Positions 28,664-39,336 of a stretch of 64,000 nucleotides of DNA are shown one piece after another. The stretch comes from a virus (Duplodnaviria; Caudoviricetes), in the IMG/VR virus record IMGVR_UViG_2597490202_000002, positions 1-64,000 of that record; one strand, written 5' to 3'. Made by a program: the position numbers and the translations under genes. The notes beneath the pieces were generated by a model. That model was given only the letters and a program-made list of their open reading frames with translations. It did no database searches and was not told where the DNA came from. How positions within the stretch are numbered: position 1 is the first letter of the stretch; the number at the start of each line of letters is the position of its first letter.

Positions 28664-29154
28664 CAACAACCCACGATGATATTTATAGAGAAGTCCGAGC
28701 TTATTTGCTTGGGCTTTTTTCTTTAGAAGGCGAGAGGGTGATAAGAGATTATAGCAATAATGTGCCTCTGCCGCACTCGCCTTTTATTTTGATGAACATC
28801 ATTTACGAGCAATCGTTATCTACCAATGTTCACTCCTATGATGTTGAAAACGCATTAGCTTCTGTTATGCAAAGTGTAGAAGTGCAAATGCAAATAGATT
28901 TCTATGGGGAAACAAGCGGTCAAATGGCGAGGATTTTTTGCAATTTATGGCGAGATTATCACGCTTGCGACAGGTTGGAAAAATGCCAGCCTCTTTATTG
29001 CGATGAACCACGCTATTTACCTTTTACTAACGAGGCGAGCGAGTATGAAGAAAGATATACAGTAACCGCAAGGCTTGCTTATAACCCTGTTGTTGTACAC
29101 GCTCAAGATTTTATTACTAAACCAAACCCAAGCATTGAGCTTGGAAAACTATAA
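28648..29154 (+). CDS. Tail terminator / neck protein
   Basis: QIDFYG, PLYCD, YEER motifs; precedes the sheath gene. Confidence 0.7.
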   Translation: MAADITTTHDDIYREVRAYLLGLFSLEGERVIRDYSNNVPLPHSPFILMNIIYEQSLSTNVHSYDVENALASVMQSVEVQMQIDFYGETSGQMARIFCNLWRDYHACDRLEKCQPLYCDEPRYLPFTNEASEYEERYTVTARLAYNPVVVHAQDFITKPNPSIELGKL

Positions 29155-29163
29155 GGAAAAACT

Positions 29164-30642
29164 ATGTTTCAATCGATTCCAGCAAGTCAGATTGTGAATG
29201 TGAATCCGTCCGTATTGAGTTCTGGCGGCTCCCCACTTTCGATGAATGCCGTTTTCTTAAGTGAAAATGCGAATTTACCGACAGGTCGAGCGGTTTCATT
29301 TGCAACGGCGGATTCTGTAGGTGAATATTTCGGGTTTACTTCTGCGGAATATCAAGCGGCGGCAGTTTATTTTAAAGGGTTTGATGGTTCAACCATTAAA
29401 CCTGGTACGTTAATTTTCTTTGCTTACAATAAAGCAATAGAAGGTGCATTCTTATTAGGTGCTTCTGTTAAATCATTATCGTTAAATGAACTCAAGAAAA
29501 TTAACGGAACACTCAGTGTAATTATTGACGGCAGTGAGAAAAAAGCAGATTCATTGAATTTAAGTGGTGCAAAAAGTTTCTCTAATGCAGCTGAGTTAAT
29601 TGGTACGGCGTTAGGCTCTGTAACAGTGACTTTTGATAGTCAATTACAAGCATTCAAGGTTGCTTCTTCAACGACTGGCACAACATCAACGATTGCGTTT
29701 GCAACAGGTGCAACTGCAGATGCTTTAGGGTTAAGTGAAAATGCAGGTGCTACGCTTTCACAAGGCTCAAATACAACTACTCCGACAGAAACCATGCAAG
29801 CCGTGATTGGTTCAACGCTTAACTGGGCAACATTTACCACAATCACAGAGCCGACATTAGAGGAAAAATTAGAGTTTGCAAAATGGTCTAACAATCAGAA
29901 TCAACGCTTCTTGTATGTTGGTTGGGGTAAAGAGGCTACTGCAACACAAACAGGCAATACAACAAGTTTTGGCGCGAAATTAAAAGAGTCTGAATATAGC
30001 GGTGCAACGGCTGTATATGGTGGTTTAGATAAAGCGGCATTCTTGTGTGGTACTGTGGCTTCAATTGATTTTACCGAGAAACAAGGGCGTATTACGCTTA
30101 AGTTTAAAGGTCAATCAGGATTAACCGCTGATGTTACCGATGCCACAATTGCTAAGAATTTAGAAGATAATGGCTATAACTATTACGGTGCTTGGGCAAC
30201 GGCTAATGACCGCTTCTTGTTCCTATCTCCAGGTCAGATTTCTGGGGAATGGAAATGGATCGACGCTTACATTAACCAAATCCGCTTAAATAGCCAGCTC
30301 CAGTTAGCGATTATTACATTGCTAACCAGTGCAAAATCAGTCCCTTACAATGATATTGGTATTGCGTTGCAACGTGCAGCGTGTAATGACCCAATTAATG
30401 AGGCATTGAACTTTGGTTCTATTCAAGTGGGTGTTTCGTTGAGCGAACAACAAAAAGCAATCATCAATAACTACACGGGTGTTGATGCTGCTTCACAAGT
30501 AGAGGCCCAAGGCTATTATCTTTACATTGGTAAAGCGACAGCACAAACACGAGGAAACCGTGAATCATTCCCGATGAAGCTATTCTATACGGATGGCGGT
30601 AGTTTACATTCCGTAAATCTTGCTTCTATCAACGTTCAATAA
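29164..30642 (+). CDS. Tail sheath (DUF3383)
   Basis: SIPASQIVNVNP, NWATF, GYNYYG, YTDGG. Confidence 0.88.
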   Translation: MFQSIPASQIVNVNPSVLSSGGSPLSMNAVFLSENANLPTGRAVSFATADSVGEYFGFTSAEYQAAAVYFKGFDGSTIKPGTLIFFAYNKAIEGAFLLGASVKSLSLNELKKINGTLSVIIDGSEKKADSLNLSGAKSFSNAAELIGTALGSVTVTFDSQLQAFKVASSTTGTTSTIAFATGATADALGLSENAGATLSQGSNTTTPTETMQAVIGSTLNWATFTTITEPTLEEKLEFAKWSNNQNQRFLYVGWGKEATATQTGNTTSFGAKLKESEYSGATAVYGGLDKAAFLCGTVASIDFTEKQGRITLKFKGQSGLTADVTDATIAKNLEDNGYNYYGAWATANDRFLFLSPGQISGEWKWIDAYINQIRLNSQLQLAIITLLTSAKSVPYNDIGIALQRAACNDPINEALNFGSIQVGVSLSEQQKAIINNYTGVDAASQVEAQGYYLYIGKATAQTRGNRESFPMKLFYTDGGSLHSVNLASINVQ

Positions 30643-30709
30643 TGTAATTTAATCCATAAGGCGACTTATATTTCAAGCAAATCGCCTTTTTCTTTTTGGA
30701 GAAAAAATA

Positions 30710-31153
30710 ATGCAAACAAATACCTCAAGAACAATTACCTCGGCAAATGCGGTGCTTTTAGCAAAAGCCGTTGGATATAGCCGTGGTTTCGTTCAGATTG
30801 AACAGTATGCGGCAGATAACGCATTTACGTTTAACCAAACGGCGGTAACAGAAACCACAATGGGCGTAGATGGCTATCAGTCTGGTGGTTGGGTTCCTAG
30901 CGAAACCGATTTCAATATTGCACTTGCGGCAAATAGTCCGAGCCGTTCATTTTTCGATGGCGTAAAAGTACATATGCAAAACCAACAGGAGACCGTGCCT
31001 TTTGAGTTTGATGTTACGATTCCGTCAATTGGCAAACGATACACTGCTACAGGTTTTATGACTCAAGCCCAAAGCGGTACCAGCGCTAAAAAAGTCTTAG
31101 ATTCTGCAACGTACAATTTCAAGATTGTGGTGAAAACAGAAGAAGATATTTAA
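30710..31153 (+). CDS. Tail tube protein
   Basis: TITSAN, MGVDG, LAANSPS; follows the sheath gene. Confidence 0.8.
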   Translation: MQTNTSRTITSANAVLLAKAVGYSRGFVQIEQYAADNAFTFNQTAVTETTMGVDGYQSGGWVPSETDFNIALAANSPSRSFFDGVKVHMQNQQETVPFEFDVTIPSIGKRYTATGFMTQAQSGTSAKKVLDSATYNFKIVVKTEEDI

Positions 31154-31273
31154 CCGACTGACTAAAGTCGGTTTTTTATTGCTTACAAGATAGAAAAGTA
31201 CATTCGAAAGCGGTGTTTACTCTCTCGCTCACCGTTTCTTGTAAGCATCTTAAAAGCGAGATTTAGAACCAAT

Positions 31274-31690
31274 ATGGAGAGAGAAAATGGCGTTAAAAAC
31301 AAAAAAATCACAATTGAAAAAGGGCGTGATGCAGGTATTACATTCAAAATTACCGAAATGCCTATTGCGAAAGCGGACAAATGGGCGACAAAAGCCTTAC
31401 TCGCTTTAATGAGTGGAGGCTTTCAAGTGCCAAATGCAAAAGAGGGTATGCTTGGTATTGCTAGAGTGGCTTTATCGGCATTAAGAGAAATCCCAGAAGA
31501 AAAGGCGTTGCCGTTACTTGATGAGCTAATGGACTGTGTGGAAATCGTCACCGAAAGCGGTGCGACTCGTGCACTCGATTTGTCGCTTGGCGATGTACAA
31601 GACATTACGACTTTATGGCTATTACGCAAAGAGGCGTTATCTCTCCATATTGATTTTTTGGAGCAAGAGCCTACCCCGATCTCGGAGTAG
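31274..31690 (+). CDS. Tail assembly chaperone G
   Basis: GRD.G.TF.ITEM motif; lies between tube and tape measure. Confidence 0.8.
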   Translation: MERENGVKNKKITIEKGRDAGITFKITEMPIAKADKWATKALLALMSGGFQVPNAKEGMLGIARVALSALREIPEEKALPLLDELMDCVEIVTESGATRALDLSLGDVQDITTLWLLRKEALSLHIDFLEQEPTPISE

Positions 31691-31869
31691 GCAAAGGTGG
31701 TGATGCAGTCGAATATGTGAATCTAAGTCAAGTTGTGGGTGCGGTGGTGAGTAGCAAATTAGCCACTTACCACGAATTACAAACCGTTTACGGCTTAGAG
31801 GATGCTTTAGATCTGCTCGAAGTATTTACCGTAGATTCATACAACAACAGGAAGGCAAATAATGGCTGA
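31654..31869 (+). CDS. Chaperone GT extension via -1 frameshift
   Basis: Slippery T TTT TTG at 31654-31660; the -1 frame is open to TGA 31869 and encodes ATYHELQTVYGLEDALDLLEV. Confidence 0.75.
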   Translation, partial: FFGARAYPDLGVGKGGDAVEYVNLSQVVGAVVSSKLATYHELQTVYGLEDALDLLEVFTVDSYNNRKANNG

Positions 31870-34366
31870 TGTAATTGATACGCTTGCGATAGATATTGTT
31901 GCTAATGATAGCTTTACTGCGGTAGCAAAACCATTTCTCGCTTTGTTAGAGCGGATGGAGCAGGAACTTGATAGCAATGCAAAAGCTCTGGATGAAGCAA
32001 ATAAAAGCGTAGAAGGGCTATCTACAACCGTTGCTGAATTAAACGATGCCACAAGCGAAGTCTCAAAATCTCAGGATAAGCATACAAAAGCGCTAGAGAA
32101 AAACGAAAAACAATCCAAGAAAAACGAGAAAGCCGCTAAGAATCTTCTTGATGGTGTTCTTGGGTTTGGCAAGGCTCTTGGCGCTATCAGCACAATGATT
32201 ATGGCTGGGATTGGGCTTGATCGTTTAGTTAAGCAAACTTCTCAAGCTAATCAAGAACTCGATTCAATGGCAAAAAACATTGGAATGAGTAGCCGTTCTC
32301 TCGCCTCTTGGCAAGGTGCTGCGGAAGCAATGGGCGGAAGTGCTAGCGGTATGGCTAACACGTTGATGGGGCTATCTGGTGCTTTAACTCGCTTTCAGGT
32401 AATGGGCGATGCTTCTGTTATTCCATTTTTTAATGCGTTAGGAGTCGCGCCTTTAGATGCTATGGGCAATATCCGAAAACTTGAAGAGATTATGCTAGAG
32501 TTGGCGGATAAGTTCAGCAAAATGGATCGTGGCACAGCGCTTGTTATGGCGCAAGGGTTAGGCATTGATGAAGAAACGTTTAACACGCTTGCACAAGGCA
32601 AAGAAGCCTATCAAGAGATGCTTGCTTATCAGAGTAAAATCTACAAATCCAACCAAGACGATATTGAAACCTCTAAGAAGCTGAATAAATCCGTCTCAAT
32701 GCTAAATCAGCAATTTGACGGACTAAAACTGATGATTGCAAATGCGGCGGCTCCAGCCTTATTAACCATTAGCGAATTAACCACAAAATTCTTTGAGTTT
32801 TTAAGCCGAAATGAAAACCTTGTGAAAGGCGTATTTATGGGAATAGCTGGTGCAATGACAGCAGTTCTCATTCCTACATTGCTTTCAGGTGCAAAAGCCG
32901 CTTTAGCGTTTATGGCTCCGTTTTTACCTGCAATTCTACTTGTAGCTGCTTTGGCTGGTGTTTTCGGATTGCTCTATGATGACTATAAAAAATGGGCAGA
33001 GGGTGGTAATTCCCTGTTTAACTGGGGGGCTTTTATTAAGTGGTTTGATAAAGCTAATTTTTCCGTTCGCAGTTTAGTAGATGGTTTCACTTATTTATTA
33101 ACAGAATATGAAGATTGGAATGCTTTAGCTGAAGATGGTAAGTCTTGGTTAAAACTTAAAGGTTTTATTGATGAAAACGGTTTATCCGTTGGCTCGTTAG
33201 CAACAGGATTTAAAAACCTAGGGAAAGACATTGTTGAGTATCTAATGCCTGTATTTGATCGCCTTTTAGGGATTTTGTACAAAATCATTACGCTTGACTT
33301 AGAAGGTGCTTGGGAGGAAGTAAAGAGCCTAGGTAGTGATAGCGTAGATTGGGTAACTCAAAAAACGAAAGATGCTTGGGGAAGTATTCAAAACTGGTGG
33401 AATGGCGTGGAAGAGCGAGCTCCAGAAGCTTTTGATAAAGCCGCTCAAATTCAATCTAGTGATGAAGCCTCATTAACTCAACAAAGTAAAAATGCTGGGT
33501 TTGTTGATACTAAGAAAGGATTTAGCAAAGGAAACTTTGTCTTTGAAGGGCAGAAATCAGCTAAGGGGCTAACACAAGAAGAAACAGGAGCGTTAGCTGC
33601 TCAAATGGTCAAGCGTGAAAGCGGTGGAAACCTTAGAGCAGAAAATCAATATGGATATTTGGGATTATATCAGTTCGGTGCGGCAGCATTAGTTGATGCG
33701 GGGTTAATCGATGATGCTAAATATAGAGCAGCAGTAAGAAAATATGGTAAAGGGTTATCGAATGGCTCTGATGCTGATGTTCACAAGGCATTTTTAGCGG
33801 ATTCAAGTAACTGGACCATCAAAGGTGGTCGAGAGGCATTTTTGAGTAGTAAAGCCATTCAAGATAATGCAATCGTAGCTCTTATGAATAAGAATGTGGG
33901 GTATTTAGGCTCTACTTATCAAGGTTCAGCAGAACATAAAGTTGGCTTATTGATGGCAGCTCACTTAAAAGGAGCAGGCGGAGCGAAAGCCTTCGCAAAC
34001 TCTGGTATAGATAGTACAGATGGTAATGGAACAAAAATATCTGATTACTATAATACAGGTCAAAAGGCGATTCAGTTAGCCAAACAACAAGGAAAATCAA
34101 ACCAAAGCAAACCTATAGATTGGAATACGCCTGTTGGCGGATATATGGTAGCAACAGCCTTAAATGCAACACAACAAGCAAGACAGACTATGCAAAATCT
34201 TGCTCAACCTCAAAACATCAACAGTAATCAACGTACAGAAGTTGTAATCAACGGTGGAGTTAATGTACACTCTAGTGCATCAACGATAACAGGGACTACT
34301 CAAGATGCCGTTAATGGTCTTAAAACGAGTATGTCGGGATTACAATTCAATACGGGATTAGTGTGA
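31862..34366 (+). CDS. Tape measure protein with a lysozyme-like/transglycosylase domain
   Basis: Long helical Ala-rich protein; RESGGN..GLYQFG. Confidence 0.88.
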   Translation: MADVIDTLAIDIVANDSFTAVAKPFLALLERMEQELDSNAKALDEANKSVEGLSTTVAELNDATSEVSKSQDKHTKALEKNEKQSKKNEKAAKNLLDGVLGFGKALGAISTMIMAGIGLDRLVKQTSQANQELDSMAKNIGMSSRSLASWQGAAEAMGGSASGMANTLMGLSGALTRFQVMGDASVIPFFNALGVAPLDAMGNIRKLEEIMLELADKFSKMDRGTALVMAQGLGIDEETFNTLAQGKEAYQEMLAYQSKIYKSNQDDIETSKKLNKSVSMLNQQFDGLKLMIANAAAPALLTISELTTKFFEFLSRNENLVKGVFMGIAGAMTAVLIPTLLSGAKAALAFMAPFLPAILLVAALAGVFGLLYDDYKKWAEGGNSLFNWGAFIKWFDKANFSVRSLVDGFTYLLTEYEDWNALAEDGKSWLKLKGFIDENGLSVGSLATGFKNLGKDIVEYLMPVFDRLLGILYKIITLDLEGAWEEVKSLGSDSVDWVTQKTKDAWGSIQNWWNGVEERAPEAFDKAAQIQSSDEASLTQQSKNAGFVDTKKGFSKGNFVFEGQKSAKGLTQEETGALAAQMVKRESGGNLRAENQYGYLGLYQFGAAALVDAGLIDDAKYRAAVRKYGKGLSNGSDADVHKAFLADSSNWTIKGGREAFLSSKAIQDNAIVALMNKNVGYLGSTYQGSAEHKVGLLMAAHLKGAGGAKAFANSGIDSTDGNGTKISDYYNTGQKAIQLAKQQGKSNQSKPIDWNTPVGGYMVATALNATQQARQTMQNLAQPQNINSNQRTEVVINGGVNVHSSASTITGTTQDAVNGLKTSMSGLQFNTGLV

Positions 34367-34551
34367 TGAAAAAATTTTGTTTACCATTTATCTTGATGTC
34401 GGCTCCTATGCTATCTGTAGCTAATGAGTCATTGCTATTTTCTTGTGAATCGGATAAGAATAATAATGAATTTAGGCTAATAGAGCATACAGACAAGCTA
34501 GAAGCCGAATATCAAGTTGTTAATAAGAAAAAGTGTTTCGGTTTTGATTAA
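34363..34551 (+). CDS. Short signal-peptide-bearing ORF, probably truncated
   Basis: MKK plus hydrophobic signal; ends where relE ends. Confidence 0.4.
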   Translation: MMKKFCLPFILMSAPMLSVANESLLFSCESDKNNNEFRLIEHTDKLEAEYQVVNKKKCFGFD

Positions 34552-34826
34552 TGATAAATCTCTCTCCGATGCCCGATTTCTAAGGCGGTTATCAACAATT
34601 CGCCATTATCAATATGGCAAATAATGCGGTAATCGCCTACACGATAACGCCACATTCCAGATAAATCGCCAACTAAACCTTTGCCCCGATCTCGTGGATT
34701 TTCTAGCGTAGCTAAGGTTTTAAGATAGCGGATAATTTGTTGAGCCTGTTGAGGATTTTTCTTAGCGAGTTTGGCTAATTGCTTTTTAGCGGTTTCCGCT
34801 AAGATGATGTTCCAAGTTAAGCTCAT
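34548..34826 (-). CDS. relE: RelE/StbE toxin
   Basis: PR..GK.L.G.LSG.WRYRVGDYRIIC.I..IGHRREIY. Confidence 0.92.
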   Translation of the reverse strand: MSLTWNIILAETAKKQLAKLAKKNPQQAQQIIRYLKTLATLENPRDRGKGLVGDLSGMWRYRVGDYRIICHIDNGELLITALEIGHRREIYH

Positions 34827-35031
34827 TCTCGACTTCCTCTAATGAATAGGTTTTTTCTTTACCTGAACGGACACGCTCAAGAACCGCATTAGCTAAGAGT
34901 AAATCTTCTAAATCTTCCAAATAGGCTTCTAATGCCTCTTTGACATAAAAAGATTTTGCTCGCCCAGTTTGGACGGAGAGATGATCTAAGCGTTGTTGTA
35001 ATTCGTCTGGTAGTCTTACGGTCAATGCCAT
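34786..35031 (-). CDS. relB: RelB/DUF6290-like RHH antitoxin
   Basis: LTVRLP..RL..L..TGR.KSFY..YLEDLED. Confidence 0.88.
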   Translation of the reverse strand: MALTVRLPDELQQRLDHLSVQTGRAKSFYVKEALEAYLEDLEDLLLANAVLERVRSGKEKTYSLEEVENELNLEHHLSGNR

Positions 35032-35256
35032 AGTGTTATCCTCTTACATTAAGATGTTGGAGTAAGTATAGGGTGGTAATAATTGTAATACAAGTAATAT
35101 GTGGTAACAGGTGGCAAATTAAACGACATTATTCCCCTCAATATTGCCAAAATTTTAACCATAACTAACCGCTTGCGACTTCGTGTTGCAAGTGGCTTTT
35201 GTTGTACCTGAAATTTAACCCGATCAGAAATGGTCGGGTTTTTTATTGGAGAAAAT

Positions 35257-35961
35257 ATGTGGAACTCAATCGGTGTGCCAAGTGTTCCTGGGCTACCCAA
35301 AAACATTGGTGATGCAGCCATAAAATTCGGTGGTGGCTTAGCGGTAAATATGTTCTTTGGTAACTATTGGGGCATATTTAACCAGAACGGAATACCGCTA
35401 TTACTGGCTGATAACGTGAAATCCGTGAAGTATCAAACAAGATCGAAGATTTCTAATGCACCTTTAGAACAAGGCTCTTTTGCATCTTATAACAAGGTTA
35501 TAGAGCCTTATACTGTTGATGTGATGATGACAAAAGGGAGTGGGGGCGTAGCAGAGCGGAGTGCATTTTTAGCCCTTGTTGATGCGTTTGCGAATAGCAC
35601 GGATTTATATATGGTAATCACGCCCGAAGCCATTTACCCAAATTGCAACATTATTGGGTATGACTATGCAAGAGAAGCTGGCGATGGAGCAAGGCTGCTA
35701 AAAGTCAATTTACACTTGCAAGAAGTAAGAGAAGTTGAAGTGGAATACACGGAAACAGAAGCTCCGCAAGCGGAACCAACGCAAAACCAAGGCGAAGTTT
35801 CTGCAAAAGATGTTGGTTCTACTTCTGGCTCGAATAATTCTATCCTTTTAAAAGGAACTAAAAGCGTAGAAGAAAAAGGCTTTTGGGGAACAACGAGAGA
35901 TTTAGCTGGAGATGTTGTAGAAGTGTTCAAAGAATCAATGGGTGGTACTAAATGGCATTAA
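35257..35961 (+). CDS. Baseplate/tail tube initiator protein
   Basis: PLEQGSFASYNKV motif. Confidence 0.75.
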   Translation: MWNSIGVPSVPGLPKNIGDAAIKFGGGLAVNMFFGNYWGIFNQNGIPLLLADNVKSVKYQTRSKISNAPLEQGSFASYNKVIEPYTVDVMMTKGSGGVAERSAFLALVDAFANSTDLYMVITPEAIYPNCNIIGYDYAREAGDGARLLKVNLHLQEVREVEVEYTETEAPQAEPTQNQGEVSAKDVGSTSGSNNSILLKGTKSVEEKGFWGTTRDLAGDVVEVFKESMGGTKWH

Positions 35962-36260
35962 AGATTTATGAAGTACCAGTTAAAAATATCCCTAATCAAT
36001 CGTTATCGGTGGTTGTTGGTGGCGTTGGCTTTGATATTGAACTTAATACAAGGCTGAATGAAGAGCTTTATATATCTTTAAAAGCAAATGGTAAATCTAT
36101 CTTGAATAACAGAATTTGCCGAGATCGCACGCCTTTAATTAGTGTGGAGTATCTTAATGTTGGCAATGTAAATCTTGCTTTTTTCGATACGCAAGGCAAA
36201 CAAAATCCACATTACCAAGCGTTAGGAACAAGATATAAGTTGATTTTTGTGGAGCGGTAA
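35952..36260 (+). CDS. Baseplate plug protein
   Basis: PNQS..D.QG...P...LG.RY.L. Confidence 0.7.
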   Translation: MALKIYEVPVKNIPNQSLSVVVGGVGFDIELNTRLNEELYISLKANGKSILNNRICRDRTPLISVEYLNVGNVNLAFFDTQGKQNPHYQALGTRYKLIFVER

Positions 36261-36261
36261 G

Positions 36262-37149
36262 ATGGGGAGTTTTACTGTTAAAAAGTTAAGGGTAACGATA
36301 GCACTCGGACAGAAAGAGCTTAATTTTGATGATAAGAATAATACGATTGTTGCAGAAAATTTAAGGGTATCTGCCACAATACAATCAGGAAATGGTGCTA
36401 TACAACCTAACGCGAAGATTATGATTTATGGTTTAAGCCAAAATGTAATGAATCGTATATCGAAAATATCGTGGAATATAAAACAAGAAAAGCTGAATTC
36501 TATCAAGTTAGAGGCAAGTTCTGATGGTGGGCAAACTTACACGACCGTTTATTTTGGCACAATTACGTTTGCTTATCCTAACTATGGCTCAGCGCCTGAG
36601 GTTATCTTGACGGTAGATTCTGTTACCGCAATGAATCATCAAATTTTACCGGCAAAACCTTTAAGTTTTAAAGGCGAGGTTGATGTTGCAGGCGTTATCT
36701 CTGAAATATGCAAATCAATGGATATGCGCTTTGAGAATAGTGGCGTTACCGCAAAAGTAAGTAACGCATATTTGCCCCAAACAGCATTAGAGAAAATTAC
36801 AGAGCTTTGTAAAGCAGTAGATGCCACTGTGACTTTAGATGTTAATACAATTGCTATTACTCCAAGAGGGCAACCTCGGAATATAAAAGTCCCGATCATC
36901 TCTCCTCAAACTGGTTTAATTGGTTATCCAACACCGACACTACAAGGGGTTAGTTTGCAATGTTTATTTGATCCGTTAATCAAACATAACGGGCAAATAG
37001 AGATTAGGAATAGCCTGATTGAATCAACAAACGGGCGATGGCGAATATATGGCTTAACGCATTACCTAGAAAGTGAAATCGCTGGTGGTAGATGGTTTAG
37101 TGCTATTGATGCATCAAGATTAGATGCGGGGGTGAAAATTGCAAAATAA
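36262..37149 (+). CDS. Baseplate hub protein
   Basis: IYGL, FEN.GV, IS..TGLIGYP. Confidence 0.75.
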   Translation: MGSFTVKKLRVTIALGQKELNFDDKNNTIVAENLRVSATIQSGNGAIQPNAKIMIYGLSQNVMNRISKISWNIKQEKLNSIKLEASSDGGQTYTTVYFGTITFAYPNYGSAPEVILTVDSVTAMNHQILPAKPLSFKGEVDVAGVISEICKSMDMRFENSGVTAKVSNAYLPQTALEKITELCKAVDATVTLDVNTIAITPRGQPRNIKVPIISPQTGLIGYPTPTLQGVSLQCLFDPLIKHNGQIEIRNSLIESTNGRWRIYGLTHYLESEIAGGRWFSAIDASRLDAGVKIAK

Positions 37150-37798
37150 ATTCGGACAAATGACGGAAGAACAAAGTAGCGGAGGAGTTGGCGAGCTTGG
37201 TTTTATTGTCAGCAGCTTAATCAACCGCATACAAACCGTTACTTTAGTGCAAGTTAAAGCGGTAAATGCGACAGGTGTCGCACCGGTCGGAACGGTAGAT
37301 GTTCAACCAATGGTCGCACAGCTTGACGGGGAAGGTAAGGCTCATGCTCACGGTGTTATTCATAACATCCCTTATTTCCGATTACAAGGTGGTAGCAATG
37401 CGGTTGTTATCGATCCGAAAGTCGGGGATATCGGCATGTGTGGGTTTTGTAGTCGAGATATTTCCTCAGTAAAAGCCAATAAAGCACCATCAACGCCGCA
37501 AAGTTTGCGTAAGTTTGATTATGCGGACGGCTTATATTTTGGTGGATTTTTAAATGGCGTACCTGAGCAATACATCTTCTTTAAAGATTCAGGGATTGAT
37601 GTTGTCGCAACAGGTGAGGTTTATATCAAAGGCTCATCAATCAAGCTTGATGCACCAGTTGAGACTACATCAACCATTCAAGCTAAGGGTGATATTACTG
37701 ATAATGCAAGCTCTGGTGGTAAATCAATGGCTAGTATGCGCCAATCTCACAATAATCACACTCACGGCGGTGGGTCAAAACCAGATACAAAGGTATAA
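37139..37798 (+). CDS. Baseplate spike (gp138/gpV-like)
   Basis: VDVQP, P..GD.G...F..RDI, C-terminal HxH. Confidence 0.85.
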   Translation: MQNKFGQMTEEQSSGGVGELGFIVSSLINRIQTVTLVQVKAVNATGVAPVGTVDVQPMVAQLDGEGKAHAHGVIHNIPYFRLQGGSNAVVIDPKVGDIGMCGFCSRDISSVKANKAPSTPQSLRKFDYADGLYFGGFLNGVPEQYIFFKDSGIDVVATGEVYIKGSSIKLDAPVETTSTIQAKGDITDNASSGGKSMASMRQSHNNHTHGGGSKPDTKV

Positions 37799-37801
37799 GT
37801 A

Positions 37802-38152
37802 ATGGACACGATATTTTTAAACCCTGAAATATGGGACTTAATGTTAGATGATGAAGGGAATATAGCTTATGCAAAAGACCCTTATGCAAAGGCTCAAGAT
37901 GTTGCGAGTGCCATTAAGCTCTTTAAAGGTGAGCTTTACTATGATAAGGCAAAAGGTATCCCTTATTTTGAGGAAACGTTAGGCAAGAAACAATCTCTTG
38001 CGTTGTATCAATATCGGTTAGAGAAAGCAGCATTATCTGTACCTGAAGTTGTTTCGGCAAAAGCCATTATTCAAAGCAATGTGGATAGAACAATAACAGG
38101 GGCGATCAAGTTCACTGATGATAAAGGAAGAAAAGTAGAGGTTAATTTATGA
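37802..38152 (+). CDS. Baseplate wedge subunit (gp25/gpW-like)
   Basis: WDL..D..GNIA..AQDV..GE.YYD..GIPY. Confidence 0.75.
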   Translation: MDTIFLNPEIWDLMLDDEGNIAYAKDPYAKAQDVASAIKLFKGELYYDKAKGIPYFEETLGKKQSLALYQYRLEKAALSVPEVVSAKAIIQSNVDRTITGAIKFTDDKGRKVEVNL

Positions 38153-39336
38153 CAAATGTACCAAACATACAATTTACGCCTCAAGGGTTAATTTTGCCTA
38201 CAGAGCAAGAAATTTTAAACGGTGTTTTAGCGGATTTTAATGTCGCTTTCGGTGGAAACCTTAATAGAAACTTGGAAACCCCACAAGGTCAATTGGCAAG
38301 CTCCATCGCGGCGATTATTGCAGATAAAAATAATCAAATTGCTTGGTTGGTAAATAACCTGGACCCTGATTATTCGGAAGGGTTTATGCAAGATGCGATA
38401 GGTAAACTCTATTTTATTAAGCGGAAAGGGCAGATTAACTCAACAGTTGAATGTACTTTTTATGGACTTCCAGGAATAACGATTCCAAAGGGATTTATTG
38501 TTAAAGACGAAAATAATAATGACTGGGTATTAGATCAAGAGATCAGTATATTGAGTTCTGGTCAAGTTGTCGGAAATCTTACAGCAAAAGGTATATATTC
38601 AGCTGCTGCTAATAGTGTAAATAAAATTCATCAGTCAATCTTAGGATTGGATAGAGTTGATAATCATAGCCCTGCTATTACAGGAACAGAAAAAGAAAGT
38701 GGTTCGGAATTTGCAGAACGTTATAAAAAAAGTGTAGCGAAAAATTCTTTAGGAATGCCTGCTTCTGTTTATTCTAATGTGGCTTCATTAGATGGTGTTG
38801 TTGATTGTTATGTTATTGATAATCCTAAAAGCACAGAAACAAGAATAGGAATAACAAATAAAGTGTTAGAGCCTCATAGTGTTTATGTTGCGGTATTAGG
38901 TGGAAATGATCAGGAAATAGCAAAAACTATATGGAGATATGCTGGAAATGGGTGTGATTTTACTGGTGACACAACAGTGAATGTAGAAGATGATAGTTAT
39001 ACAGTTCCTAGACCAGTGTATGAGATAAAATTTATGCGACCCAATTTGACCCCTATTTATTTTCAAGTGAAGTTGCGAACAGGTTCAGTTATAGGAAGTG
39101 CGGAACTAGTTAAATCTACAATAAAAAATACTTTCGATAAGCAAAATCGTAGGAAAATTGGCTCAACGCTTTACGCCATTGAATTTGTTTCTGATGTTGT
39201 TAATGCTTTACCTAAAGATCACCTGCTGGATATAAAAATAGGGAAAAGCAAATCTGTATATGCGGATTCAATCGAATTGGGAATAGATCAATATCCAACA
39301 CTCACGGAGTCAAATATTAGTGTGGTGTTTATATGA
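38149..39336 (+). CDS. Baseplate J-like protein
   Basis: TPQGQ, G..QDAIG, PHS.YVAV.GG. Confidence 0.85.
   Translation: MTNVPNIQFTPQGLILPTEQEILNGVLADFNVAFGGNLNRNLETPQGQLASSIAAIIADKNNQIAWLVNNLDPDYSEGFMQDAIGKLYFIKRKGQINSTVECTFYGLPGITIPKGFIVKDENNNDWVLDQEISILSSGQVVGNLTAKGIYSAAANSVNKIHQSILGLDRVDNHSPAITGTEKESGSEFAERYKKSVAKNSLGMPASVYSNVASLDGVVDCYVIDNPKSTETRIGITNKVLEPHSVYVAVLGGNDQEIAKTIWRYAGNGCDFTGDTTVNVEDDSYTVPRPVYEIKFMRPNLTPIYFQVKLRTGSVIGSAELVKSTIKNTFDKQNRRKIGSTLYAIEFVSDVVNALPKDHLLDIKIGKSKSVYADSIELGIDQYPTLTESNISVVFI

Noticed and set aside
9066-31300. Single-base homopolymer frameshifts (cII T7 at 9066, zinc-finger A5 at 12745, transposase T4 at 25076, chaperone A7 at 31301) as phase variation
   Set aside because: The runs are short and scattered over unrelated genes; sequencing error or decay is more parsimonious. 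Raw reads are needed.
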